Source of the DNA: the human T2T-CHM13v2.0 reference genome, Homo sapiens
Length of the DNA: 64,000 nucleotides
Direction: 5' to 3' (one strand)
Assembly: GCF_009914755.1 (NCBI RefSeq)
Contig: NC_060934.1
A model generated the notes under the pieces. It was not told where the DNA came from. It saw only the letters and a list, made by a program, of their open reading frames with translations, and searched no databases. Both the position numbers and the translations under genes were made by a program. This document shows positions 51,240 to 64,000 of this stretch, piece by piece; position 1 is the first letter of the stretch; every line of letters begins with the position of its first letter.

Positions 51240-53881
51240 GAACAGGGTGGATAGAAGGAAAAAAGGGATGGATAAATAAAGCCTAATCAGGCATCCCATA
51301 ATGACACAGACGCGGCCACCAACACAGCTCTTGTTCTAACAGCCACCCCTCACAGTGTCTCTAAGTCAAGGGTGTTCAGCACAGTGCTACGTTTCTCATT
51401 TCTTAAAAAATTGTAAACATATTGTAGTCAGTGCCTCATGATCAAAATGGAATTCAAACCATCTCTAGTAATGGTGATTTAAAGCTTGTTAATCACTGTA
51501 AATTATTTTGACACCCAAGTGAAAAGTCCTCTGCGATGCTTTTAGAATCCCGTTTTCATTTAACATTAATTAAAGGCCACTACCCGTAAAGTATTAATAA
51601 AATCAAATTCCCTAAAGGAGCTCCCAGCTGACAGGCTTCGGCTCTGGGCGAGTTGTGGGACCTTGAGCAAAACACAGGCCATAATGAAATTTTAACCATG
51701 GAAATGTAATCAGCACGACCATGATAAAGAGAGGGCATTTCTTGGGAAGATAATAGATACTTTCAATAATAAATTTTATGATCCTCATTAGCCTACCTCC
51801 AGCAGTTTATGGCTACCATGGCTATTTAGCAAAAGACTTTCAAGTCAAACAACCTTACTGACACGCTTTATTATTGTTTCATGGCTCTATTTGATTATCC
51901 TACAAACATCAGGCCCAAAACATATATTGGGGGCAGGGAAATTGGCCCTGGTGGTGTCAGAGCAGAAGAATGTGAGGCTAAGACCAAGGACAGAACCTGG
52001 ATGATGATCAGAAAACAGAGAGAAGGGTTTATGTCACTCTCACAGAGTTTATGTCCCTAAAAAGTAAAACGGTGGCCCACCAACTTCCTTCTTTAAGAAG
52101 GAGTGAATGTCAATTGCTATGGCGTTTCTTTAATCTTGTCTCGTTGGGATTGACTGGCTCCTCAAAACACCCAACCCAGCAGCTTGGCTCCTTTGTGAAT
52201 GGATAGAAAATGGAGTTTGTCTCCTTTGGCAGCTCCATTTCCAAGGCTGAACCATAAAGCCACTGTAGTAACATTCATGGAGCTGAGCAAAAAGCCCTGG
52301 GAGAATATGTACGCATGCAGTCTGGTGCACGGGCTCAAATCTGGCGTATCCTCCTACAAAGACCTGAAAGCATTTGCCATACTGCCTTTCCCCTCCCCTC
52401 CTTGAACAACTGAATGGAACCAAGAAATTTTTAATCTATTTTTCAGAAACTAAAAGCCATGACTGTACATCTTAAATACTTTTTGCTTTAGCCCATTTTC
52501 ATCTGAAATCCTAATGACTTACTGAGAAGTTGTAATTAATAAAGCTATTAGCCCAGATTCTGACCTCAACTCTAAATCCTAGGGCTTTTGTTATCATGGA
52601 GGCAGGGCTCTCAGATACGAGGAAATATCTCCCCTTATCTTGGTGGCATAAAGTTCTGGTTGAGAGCTGTTCTAAAATTATTTTTGAGTGCTCACCCCAA
52701 ATAAGGACACTGTTTGCACTAGAGGTGCCCATTATCTAAAGACTAGGTGTCCATTCCAACAGCTGATGCCCTCTAACTCCAATCCACTGCAGCCCCACAA
52801 AATTCCCTGGGCCATTTCTAGAGCTGCGCAGGGCAGAAGGAAGGATTCAGGACATTCTCCCAACCACACACATTTATGTAGGATAAATCTGAATAAAATG
52901 AACATGGAGTCCACATTGTTGTTGGAGAAGCTTCAGACCCAGCCAGACCTTCTTCTAGGAGAAGGAAAGGTATTTAGAGGTGTTAATTTCATCTATGAAA
53001 GCATCCAGCCCATTAATACCACCCTTCCCAGCCACTGCAGGGTCCCCCAAAGCACAGCTCCCTAAAATATGAAGCTCCCAAGAGAATCCTGAGATCCTCT
53101 ATTTTTGACAGGCAGTTCTGTCCACTTAGGTAGGCAGGGCCATCCCACAATGTTCTGCCTGCAAACTTGCCAGCTGAGCAGGCAACGATGAAAATGTAGA
53201 GCAGATGGACAGTCCCATCTGCTCACAGAAGTGATGACAGGCCAGCCCCCGGCCCCCACCAAGTCACTTGAGATGGGATGCAATGATCATGTGAGCAATG
53301 TTTTCACAAACCTGTCAGAACTTATTCATCCAAATAATGGCTGTTCTCAAAGAGATTGCATTTAAAGGAATTATAATTGCTCTTTTCCTCAAAAGCACTT
53401 AGAAATCAGCCTGCATAGTCCATTTCCAAGCTACTCAGTAAGAGTGAAGCCTGAAGACTAAATGAGAGGATTAAATAAGGTTGGTCTAAAGCATGCCTAC
53501 TGTGGTGCCAAGTATATAGTAGGCACTTAATAGCTGTTGACCATTTTCACAATTATTATCCTTCTGTCCTCTTACAATGTGGTTGGCTGCCCTTTACAGG
53601 GAAGTGTAACCCTCAGTGAGCAGAGCCTGTCAGTCACCCAACTTATTTCCCATGAGGCACTGGGAGCACCTGATGCAAATTAAGGACTAAAACCACAGTC
53701 TTGGGTTAAATAATGTCACTGTGGTATAGAATGATGACAGGGCAAGCTTGGATCAATGTCTTCAGGAGCACTATGGAAATTACAAATTTTATTCTGAAAT
53801 CTATCCAGCTATACCACGAGGGCTAAAGATAATCATTTGGCCTCTACCCCTTCCTGCCTTCAAAGTAGGAGGCAGAGTTTC

Positions 53882-54242
53882 TGTGGCAGAGATAATACGG
53901 CATGCTCACCAAACCTGCGTCTTCCTCCTGGCCACCCAGGAAGCCTGCATTCCCAACATCCTTTGCAGTTTGGTTGAGACCGCATGAATTTTAGTGCCAT
54001 TTTATTCACTCCCCACCCCACTTCCCTCTTTCAGGCCATAGGCATGGGCTGTGAGGTGAAATCAAAGGATGGAGGAAGCCTGGGCACAGCTCAGAAAAGA
54101 GGCAATCTCCCCAGTAGAGTCAACCAACCAGGAATATCTACATTAGACTTTGTGTGAGGAAGCTGTACAATGTTATTGTTACACCACTTAAATTGGGGGA
54201 CTATTATCAAAGCAGCTAACATGAAGTATACTGATTAATACA
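53882..54242 (+). mobile_element. MaLR LTR (MLT1J-like)
   Basis: TGTGGCAGAGA start; CATTCCCA..CTTTGCAGTT; GATGGAGGAAGCCTGGG; ends CTGATTAATACA. Confidence 0.7.
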
Positions 54243-55508
54243 GCCTTCCCACTAAAGTTTTAGACAACTTCCTGTTTGTGAGAAGCCATCTCATATATGA
54301 CAAACCCAGATGAAGAAGTAGATTAGTTAAGATCTGGGTAAGGACACCCAAGATTTTTCCCAACTGAAGCCACGTGAAGCTCTAAACTGCACTCTAAAAC
54401 AAGTTCCACTTCTGGAGAAGGGCCGAATACATGGACAGTGGTGGGTAACTTTGCAGATTATCAATTTCCTACCTCCAAACTAGTTTTGTAAGCAGTTGAG
54501 ATCAAGATATCAATCATAGAAACAGCTTTAGAGCTAGAAATGCACCTTAGAGTCACAAGAAGCATTTGATTGTTCAGAGTTAGAGGAGGTTGGCAGTTTT
54601 AGAACAATGCGAGAGGGGGACACTGAAGCCCAGAGCAGTTGAAATGACATATCTAAGGTCACTAGTCAGTGAGGAAAGAGGCTGGGACCCCCATCCTACA
54701 ATTCTCATCAGTTCCACCTCTCCCTTTACAGTCTAAAGAACAAAAGCCCAGATTTTTAAGTGAGAATGAGATGGTAGACTCAAATTTATGTATTTCTAGG
54801 GCAAGAAGCAGGTAGCTCCAGGGAATTCTTCATGAACCCAGTCTTGAAAACCCATTTAATGGTTGATTCAGTATTTCTGGGACTTGACTTAAGCCAAACA
54901 AAAAAAATTACTGAAGTGATGAGGGAAATAAGCAAAAGATAATAGCTTCTCCAAAGAAACTGCCCACCTTGTATCTGTGGTATATTTAGAATTTCACTCC
55001 GGAAGGAGACTTGATTTGACATAAAACATATAAAAACTATCTTTGAAAAAGAGCAGGATATCACACTCTTGCATCAATGTTTAGGCCAGTTCAAATACTG
55101 GCTAAAGTAAAAGAGATTTTACAAAACCGTCTATACATAAATAAATAGCACGTTATTAAGTAATGACTTATTAAATAAGAAGGCATTTTTTTCCAGTTGC
55201 ATATTCACTTGTAATTAACAGCTACTTCAGATGTTTGACTTTGTTGGCCCTGTTTCTTGGGGAAGAGGCTCCACATGAGAACTAGTGGCATTGACTGGAA
55301 ACAAAGGCAGATGAAAAGTCAAAGTCTTACAGCTCCTCTTCACAAATAGGAAAGAGTAGTTGGAATTGGAGGAGGCATCATGAGACAGTCCTAGTCCTTG
55401 AATGTTTACTTGGCGGAACCCAAATCCAATCCAACCAAGGGTGTGGTCTTTCAGATGAGACTGTGAACCTCTGAAACTCAGGCCCCTCGGCACAACTCAC
55501 GTGGGGGA

Positions 55509-55964
55509 TGCAGAGGACTGAATAGTGGCCTCCAAAAAGATATATCCACATCTCAAACCCCAGAATCTGCAAATGTGACCCTATTGGGAAAAGTGTCTTT
55601 GCAGATATAATTAAGTTAATAATTTCAAGATGAGATCATCCTGGATTATACCGATGGGCCCTAAATCCAATGACAGGTGCCCTTATAAGACAGAAAAGAG
55701 GAGACAATGGAGAGAAGAGGAGAAGTTCATGTAAAGACAGAGGCAGAGATTGGCGTGAAGCAGGTGCAAGTCAAGGAACACTTGAGCCTCCACAGGCCAA
55801 AAGAGGCAAGGGAGGCTACTCCCTGAGAGCCTTCCCAAGGAGAGTGGCCCTGAGAACACCTTCATGTTAGACTTCTGCCCTCCAGGACTGTGAAAGGATC
55901 AATTTCCATTGTCTTAGCCACCCAGTTTGTGTGATGTGTTGCAGCCGCCCTAGGAAAATGACAC
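55509..55964 (+). mobile_element. MaLR LTR (MLT1C-like)
   Basis: CCAAAAAGATATATCCAC..AATGTGACC.TATT.GGAAA..GTCTTTGCAGAT.TAATTAAG..GATGAGATCATCCTGGATTA..GGGCCCTAAATCCAATGAC..GCCCTAGGAAA. Confidence 0.88.
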
Positions 55965-57779
55965 TGGAGGCTGCTGGGAAGGAAGGCCCATGGAATGTCC
56001 GGGAAGCTCCTCAAAGGAAACCAGGTAGGCCCCGTTTCCTCTTTAGTGTAGGGTGAGTGGGAGATACTCGGCGATGACTCAACAAATATTTATTCCCACA
56101 GCAAACATTTGCTGGTAGAGATGTCTCTCCATCCTCCACTGGTTCATGGGTTAGCAGAAAAGGGCAGGCTTAGGAAACATTCACCAGAGCACTGTGAGAA
56201 GCACTACAGGTGATACAAAATTGGTGCTCAGTCTTCAAAAGTGTCTCCCAAAGGAGTAGCATGCCCTATTGTCACCTAAGGGCCCGCTGGGCATGGATAG
56301 TTTCCAACCCATGAATACCACAGTGGTAAGCAATACACCTATAGGTTTCTCCTCCTTCTCTTTCTCCATCCCTAACTCTGGGCAGGGAAGGTGAGGTAGA
56401 AGACAGCAAGGAGGATTGTGAAGTGGAGGGGGCAAGACTCAAATTCTGTAAAAATTCTCTCCTAAGTCTTGGGTTGGGACTACAACTGCTATTGACCTGT
56501 GGCCAGATGGTAACACCTGTAAATTTAACACAGTGAAAGTAGGATTCTGTCCAACGTCATTGAGAGCACAAGTGCCTACCAGAAGCAAGAGCTTGCATGA
56601 GAAAGTCTCACTCAGCTCTGTCTATAACAGTCCTCAATTAAATATGAAGGCAAATGGGTGACGTGGGGGGAACCCCCAGAAAACCCACACTTTCCACTTC
56701 GTTTTCCTCAGATTGAAAAATAAAAGGCCAGTCAGTGATAATCTGCTGAAAACAAACTGTTGGGAGAATTTGCAGATTCTGAACATGGAAGATCAAATGT
56801 TGTAATAGAAGGGAATGAGGATGTTTAAACTAACCGGAAAAGATAGATCCACATTGCAGAGCAATCAGAATTCACTGAGTCTGTGCTTTTGTGACAGGAA
56901 ACCACCAAGTTTAACATTAAAAATGTTCATTCAGAAATCCAAAGAGTTGTTTTTTTTATGGCTCGGGTCCTTAAAAAATAACAGCAGGGGCCAGACCAGC
57001 AGGAGTAGAGGGTGCAGAGCTGAGAGGGGAGAGGGTGCAGACATGAGGAGGGCAGATGCCCGCATGACATCCAGAGTCAAGTTCAAGTAGGGCCCGGGGT
57101 CAGCGACCCCAAATGAAATCGCACAACTGGTCAGCAGCCTTTGACTAAAACCAATTCTGGGAAAGAGACAATCTCCCTGGAAATGTTTAGAACACATACT
57201 GGCTCCATCCTTTTCTGCTCTCCAAGGACGACTGAATCCATTTTGCTCAACACAACATTTTTAGACAATGTGGGTTTTATGGTTTTTGTAAAACAGAGGG
57301 AGGAATGAATTGCAAAACCAAATATAACTAGAAATGTCTTTGTAATTTTTAAATAAAATAAATGAAAACAGTTCGGACCAAGGATAGCCCTCCAAGAATG
57401 GAAACCCAAACACAATCACTTTCTGCTGAAATAGAGGGGAAGGAGCAGAAGTAAATCCAAAGGGATTGAGATCCAAAACTTAAACCCAATAAACCCAATG
57501 GTAGAAATTAAAGACAAGATATAAAAATCCTACCAATCCTAGAGGCTAGGAGAAACACACACAAAGAAATCTATTATCTTTTCAAATGTTCATGGGTAAG
57601 CATCAAATTTGGATTTTAAAAGCTTCCCACTATTTGGGGAGTATAGATATTTATTTTGTAATTACCATTTGTATCTGAGCAATCCTGTCTCTAGTAGCCA
57701 AAAAACCAAAACAAACTGCAAATGCTTTGTAAATCCCTCACTATGGCAAGTCTTAGTTCTGTCTAAATTTTTCTTCTAC

Positions 57780-58080
57780 CAGGGCAAGTGTAAGTATAAA
57801 ATCCGAGTATTCTATATTTACTAAACCTGTCTAAATGTCCAGAAGAAAAACGATTGAGTAAATATAGAACAGCCACTTAAGAGAATAATATGCAGCTCTT
57901 TATAAGATGGTTATGAAGACTGTACTGCCAAACAGAGACCGATTAGTTTACGCTGTTAAGTGAAAAGCAAAATGAAAAGTTGGGATGGAAAGGAATCACC
58001 CCAAAACAGGAGCTATCTCTGGGTGCTAGGATTAAGAATGATTTTTTCCTCTTTTCCAAATTTAATAATGCAATTACAGT
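57780..58080 (+). mobile_element. Ancient L1ME 3' fragment
   Basis: CTAAATGTCCAG..GAATAATATGCAGCT..GTTAAGTGAAAAGCA..TATCTCTGGGTG.TAGGATTA. Confidence 0.5.
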
Positions 58081-58574
58081 GAAGAAAATTATTGATAGAT
58101 AGAAACTTTTAGAAGCTTTCAGAAAAAATATGGCCCTAAATTATTCTATTGGATGTCACCTTTCTTGTAAGGATGCCAGGTGAGAAGTCGCAACAGATTG
58201 AAAACAAGGACTTATTTCTTACCCTGAACTCGCCTCTGTTTGAGTCCCTAGGGAGCAAATTTGGGGAAAATTAAGAATCATGTTTTGGGCATTTTGGGTC
58301 TGAGGCCTCTGAGATAGGATCATGGCAATGTCTATTAAGTAGTTGAGTCCATAAATCTTCAATGAAGAGGATCCTTTCTACTTTAAATATGACAACCGGG
58401 GGATAATATTTTCAATTTTCAGTTAATGGTTCTTTTGGCCACTTTTAACATGCAAAATTATAATACAGTAAAAGAACTTGACCAACCAGTCAGATCTCAC
58501 TTCAAATGCATTTTGGGTTTAAGTTTCCAGCCAACTGAAATTCTGTAATTCTTAGGCAAATGCAAATAAATATA

Positions 58575-58960
58575 CTAAAACAGGATTCTTGCTTACAGGT
58601 AATAGAGACCAACTAGAGGTAATCTAAGCAAAAAGATAAGTTATTGGGAAGATATGGGGGAACACATGGAATTGAAGAAAGGGGTGAAATGCCAGGCATC
58701 CGAGAAGGAAGAATCAAAATACCGTCAGGAGTCCAGGTAGAAGAAAATAACAACTGCCTCTTTAGGGGGCAACTGTCAGAAAGAATCAACTCAAACAGCT
58801 TCCAACCTTGTAGTCAATATGCACATTCTCAGGAGAGATCATCCTGACTGAGTTAGAATTATTATGTGCTCGTATCTTGGCCAAGAGAGGGCAGGGTCCC
58901 CCAACTGACAGTCCCACGAAGCCCATACATAAGGTAGGAAGGATGCCACCTAACCTCCAA
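58575..58960 (-). mobile_element. Old MaLR LTR (MLT1K/L-like)
   Basis: CAGGATTCTTG..ACAGGTAATAGAGACCAACT..TAAGCAAAAAG..TTATTGG.AGATATGGGG. Confidence 0.5.
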
Positions 58961-59946
58961 GAAGAAATGGATAGTGGGGCAGGAAGATCACCCATATTCC
59001 CCTCACTGTCCACATCTGGGAACACATGTTCCGTGTGCCGTGTTTTGTATAGATGTGGTGTAAAAAGAAAACAAGAGCAATAGTTATAACTGGTCTAGGG
59101 AGGCTTCTCTGGGTTACGGACATGTTCATGCCCACTAATACATGAATCACCCTGCCTCATAAAGACTTCCAGTATACACACTGCACACAAACTCCACGGT
59201 TCAGAGCTTTAGAAAATCAAACAAGAAATTAATAACAAAGACAGTGACTTTGTGGTTATGTTTATAAGCAGCAAGTTCAAAATTAAATGAGCCAAATAGT
59301 GAGGGAGAAAAAAAAGCCAACTCTTTTGCGTTAAATGCCTTGAACAGTAAAATTAACAACAGAACAAGTCTCATTGTACCATGAGGCTGTCTTATTGACT
59401 TGTTTTTGAACTCCACGTTTGAACACAATGAAAGTTGTGTGTTTTTTAAATAAAACAAATTTTTTTTTTTCTCTCACAATGCTACATAGAAACCTCCAGG
59501 GCAAAGTAAAATTAAACCTCATTATTTCAAATTCCATTCATTCCAGAATTATAATAATTTGGCTGGGGCTGCATTGAAGCCTACCTTTGTACTCCCTTTG
59601 AGTGGTGGTTTCACTGAACAAATCAATAATGCAAACAAGATTGCTGGGAGTCACACTTAAGCCACTCAAGAGAGACTTCAGCACACAGCTTACATGCAAA
59701 CGACAGTGCTCCTTATGGAGGCATCTTAATCGTCCTTAAAGCAGAACTGGCAAGGCTTGTTAGCAGTAGTTCAAATGTCTATAGACCCTTTCATTTCTTT
59801 TAAAACTCTTTTGTGTTGAAATCTTCCACTCGTTCCAATTGTTTGTTCTCTGTTGGTCCAATCAAATGTTGTCTAACATGCTGTTTAGGTGCAAAAGAAT
59901 GAAGAGTAAAGAACCTATCTGCCGAGCCTTAAAAAAAGGCTGCTCC

Positions 59947-60236
<290 letters not shown>

Positions 60237-60418
60237 TCAAAGCCGGGAAACAATAAAAAATGGTGAGTGTGTACAAATGCCAGCAAACATATCTAAATGA
60301 GCTCAGATCTTGAATAGGATATAAAGTAATATAATCCTGTTAGAATTCTCATAAATTATTTACAATGTGCTCTAATCTGTCACCTCATTTGGGTATCACA
60401 GAACATACATGAGACACA

Positions 60419-60700
60419 CGTGGCAGAGACAGGAAGTGCTCACCAGAGAGCCCACGGGCTCCCTTGCATTTCCCAGACTCCCTTGCGGGATACGGAACAA
60501 GAACAGCAATAGTGAGTGGCACTTCCAAGTCCAGGCAGATAACTGGAAGCGTACTTCCTCTATCTTCCCGTTTCTCTGTTAGGGTGACTTTGGAAGCCCC
60601 TTGATGAGATGGCAAGAAGATAAAGAGAGCTTTGATCTCTGACTTAGATTCTGATCGTCCTCACCAGATGGAAGAGGGATCTTGCAGAACACAAGCATGA
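60419..60700 (+). mobile_element. MaLR LTR fragment (MLT1J-like)
   Basis: GTGGCAGAGAC..GCTCACCA..GCATTTCCCAGACTCCCTTGC..GCACTTCCA. Confidence 0.55.
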
Positions 60701-60829
60701 GTGGCTCAAGAATTAAATAAATAAATTTTTCTCAAGGAAAAAAGATGACGCTTTGTGACTAAGTCACAAGGATCTGGAATTGTATCGGTTACTGCGCTAT
60801 AGCTTAGCCTGCTCTATCACACTACTATG

Positions 60830-60970
60830 ATTGTTTCCATCTCACAGATAAGAAAACTGAGACTCAAAGAAGACATATGACGTGCCAAAAATCATCGTGC
60901 TATTAAGAGGCAGGACTGAGAATAGAACTCAAACCTCTTGATTCAAGTGATCTTTCCCTTACGACCCAAA
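60830..60970 (-). mobile_element. MIR
   Basis: CACAGATAAGAAAACTGAGACTCAAAGA..GCAGGACTGAGAATAGAACTCA. Confidence 0.75.
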
Positions 60971-61744
60971 TGTTAAGCTGTTGCCTGCATGCATAAATTA
61001 ATGACCAGCTGGTATTCAATGACAATCTGTACAATTAATACCCAATGCCAGAAAACATACTTTTGTTCTTAATTTCTTTGTTCAATCCAGGGCCTCTTTA
61101 CCTTCTTCACTTGCAGGCGCTGGAGAATGGAGAGACAAACACACCAACAAAGCCTAGAACATACCACGAACCTGTGCTGCATTTCATTTTTTTGTATAAA
61201 GGCTTCTTCATGAAATCAAAAGAGTATTGTTAAGGGTGAGTGGTGAGAACAGATTTGGGAACCAAAAAAGGTAAATATAACTCCAATTTTTCATTCTGCC
61301 AAATTCAAACAAACATCATTTTAATGACCTGGCAGCCCTCACAAAGTCAGCAACCACCAGTTAAATAAAAAGCCCATTCATTTAGAAAAAGAAGTGTCAA
61401 CACAGGCATTTAACATAAGTCAGGTTTCCACAGCACAGTGACCCGACATATGGTGACATGCACATATGGACTGGGATTAAACAGCATCGCCAAATGTAAA
61501 TGCAAAGAACATATCAGAATCCCTTCCCTCCCATCCTAAAGCCAACTCATACACCATCCAGGGACAGATCTTAATGTAAATATAAGAACTTAGTTGGGAT
61601 TTTCAGAGGTCTCCATAATGTATCAATCTGGGAGTTAATGTCTCCATCAGTGTTCATGAGTAATACAAGTAGTGACTACCAACTTTTCTTGGTAAAAAAA
61701 TAAAATAAAATAAATTGGCATAGACTATCTAAAACAATCCAGCA

Positions 61745-62890
61745 TATGCCTCATAAAAATACAAAGCTCCTACGAGAAAAATTAGGAATACATCTTTACG
61801 ACCCTGGAGCAGGCAAATATCATTTAGAGAGGACACAGAAAAGCAATACACATCAGAGAAAAACACAATTATTGAACACAGTCAAAATTTCACATTTTTG
61901 CTTATCAATAAACACCGCTTTAAAAAAATGAATAGACATGCCACAGACTGGAGGAGAACATTTGCAACATATACATCTGATAAAGAACTTGATTCTGGAA
62001 TATGTAAGGAATTCATACAACTCAGTAATAAAAAGACAAACAGCCCGATAAAAAATAAGCAAAATATTTGAATAGGTTTTTCACCAAAGAAAATATTCAA
62101 ATGGCCAATAAGTACATGAAGGAATACTCACTGTCATTAGTCATTAGGGAAATATAAAATAAAATGACAATGTCATACTGTTACACAATCAGCAGTAATG
62201 GCTAAAATGGAAAAGACTGGTAATACCAGATATTGGCAAAGATAGGGAGGTATCAGAACTCTCATTCGTTGCTGGCAGGAGTGTCAAATCTCACAAACAC
62301 TTTTGTTATATAGTTAAATAGACATCTATCCTATGACCCAGAAGTCTTCTAAGTATTTATCCAAGAGAAATGAAAACACATGTCCACAAAAAGACTTGTT
62401 CATAGCAACTTTATTCATACAGCTACAAACTGGAAGCCACCCAAGTGTCAATTAACAGTAGAAAGGATAAACAAATTGTGGTAGATTCATACAATGGAAT
62501 ACTAGACGGCAATAAAAAGGTTCAAATTGCAGAAACATGCAGCAATATGGATGAATTCCCAAGACATTATATTGAGTACTGAGTGAAAACATTATGTTGA
62601 GTGAAGCCAGACACAAAATAGTCCATACCAGATGGCTGCATCTATATGGAGTTTTTCACATGAGAAAATTAATAGATGATGATAGAAATCAAAGCAGTGA
62701 CTGCTTCCAGAGTGGGTGGTGGGGTTGACTGGGAAAAGGTACAGGGATACTTCCTGGACTGATGGAAATATTCTATATCTTACCAGGGGTGTGGGTTACA
62801 TGAGTATCTGCATTTGTCCAAACGGACAGAACTAAATACTTGGAATCTGTGCATTTCACTAAATGTAAATTATACTTCAATTTTTAAAAA
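61745..62890 (+). mobile_element. L1ME-type ORF2 end plus 3'UTR
   Basis: GCCACAGACTGG.GAGAA.ATTTGCAA..ATCTGATAAAG; CAAATGGCCAATAAG; CCAAGAGAAATGAAAACA.ATGTCCACAAAAAGACTTGT; ends GTAAATTATACTTCAAT. Confidence 0.85.
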
Positions 62891-63239
62891 GCATTGGGGA
62901 AAAAGTATCTTTTCTATTTTAGGCCAAGACTACGGATAGATCTCTAAGAGAGCTCTTATAACCTTAGAGAACAGAATCTCGCCAGAAAACAAAGGCCTCA
63001 CCCAGACCAGGGGAGGTGGCAGGGCGTTTCTCTTCAATTAATTTGCAGTCTTAGACCAAGGCAGGATATAATGATGACATTAACCAACCACAAATCCCAG
63101 TGACTGCACATCTTGGAAGGCACTGGATAGACTACGGCAAGTGTCAGACACCTCCTGAGTGCGAACCTCTTGAAATCTTCTCGTTCAACCTCTTACTCCA
63201 GGTACCTCTGCAATGATCAGTTCAGTGCAGGCGCAGTCC

Positions 63240-63684
63240 ACTTGCACTTAGGGGCAGCCTAATGGTGCCTAATCATTCCCTAACCTCATACCTCTTTCTG
63301 CCTTGGTCCTTCTCTGATGCCCTGGGGTGGGACCCAGCACATGCATGTACATCCAGGAACTGCAGGTGAGTTACAGCCTATGTGATCACCTTGGCTAGTG
63401 CCAGATGGGGAGCTGGTAGGCCGATGCATCCCTCCACATTGCTTCTGCAGACATTTTTGAGCACACTTCCTAAGGCTCCTTAGGAAACCCCTTAGGATGG
63501 TGCCTCAGTCACCATTGACTACACAGTGATCAACTCAGTAACATATATCTCTTTACTGACTTGCCCTCCTTCCCTTTTCCACTCCATCCTTCCCTTCTGC
63601 TCCCTGGGACCACTTTTTCAATAAGCCATCTGCATACAAATCTTTGTCTAAGGGTCTATTTTCAGGGGCACTAAGGCCAAGGCA
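63240..63684 (+). mobile_element. ERVL LTR (LTR16-like)
   Basis: GATGGGGAGCTGGTAGG..CTGCTCCCTGGGACCAC..CAATAAGCCATCTGCA.ACAAATC.TTGTCT..GGTCT..TTTCAGGGG..AAGGCA. Confidence 0.65.
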
Positions 63685-64000
63685 CAGTTTGTGTATATGT
63701 ACAGAAATTTACATCTACATACACAAATGCTTCCCTGGGTGCTGAGACCATGTATAACACAGACCCCTATTCAACTGGCTGCGTGCCTGGAATGTTGTTC
63801 CTTGTATAAACTAGAAAGAGACTGATGGCCTCCTGCTAAGAGAGTCAGCTCTTGCTAAGATACACACCTTGATAGGAAACATAACAAGAACCATGACCAA
63901 TGCCCATTCCAGAACCATTGCCTTTTTATGTAAGTAATGAACCCATCCCTGGGCTGAATTCAACCCCAGGAGTGTTGAGTCACTAGGTTTATACCATTGA

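Noticed and set aside
54563-54585. TTGATTGTTCA resembling Y RNA
   Set aside because: The flanks do not continue the Y RNA sequence; it lies in a MIR-like remnant.

Overview
Primate (probably human or ape) non-coding genomic DNA, intronic or intergenic. I recognise no protein-coding gene, RNA gene or processed pseudogene. The ORF track is explained by Alu, L1 and simple-repeat translations plus chance ORFs; two ORFs carry LINE protein remnants (L1 ORF2p C-terminus at 5297-5938, CR1/L3 RT at 24759-25082). The window holds 11 Alu/FLAM elements, about 11 L1 fragments (one twin-primed and 5'-inverted), about 8 LTRs (ERV1, ERVL, MaLR), many hAT/Tigger DNA-transposon fossils, MIR/L2/CR1 remnants and microsatellites. 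Most L1, Alu and LTR copies lie on +, which suggests a large intron of a minus-strand gene. I found no evidence of a new multi-gene system. The best leads are a textbook AP-1/CCAAT/GC/TATA promoter at ~18.1-18.2 kb, a CpG-retaining RUNX/ETS/E-box cluster next to a GGGTGGGTGGGTGGG G-quadruplex at ~0.9-1.2 kb, candidate minus-strand exons (one embedded in a UG tract, TDP-43-cryptic-like), three template-switch-type inverted-repeat scars, and a CR1 RT fossil with an in-frame L2 insert. Repeat subfamily names come from my recall of consensus sequences and boundaries of old repeats are approximate; both need RepeatMasker/Dfam confirmation.
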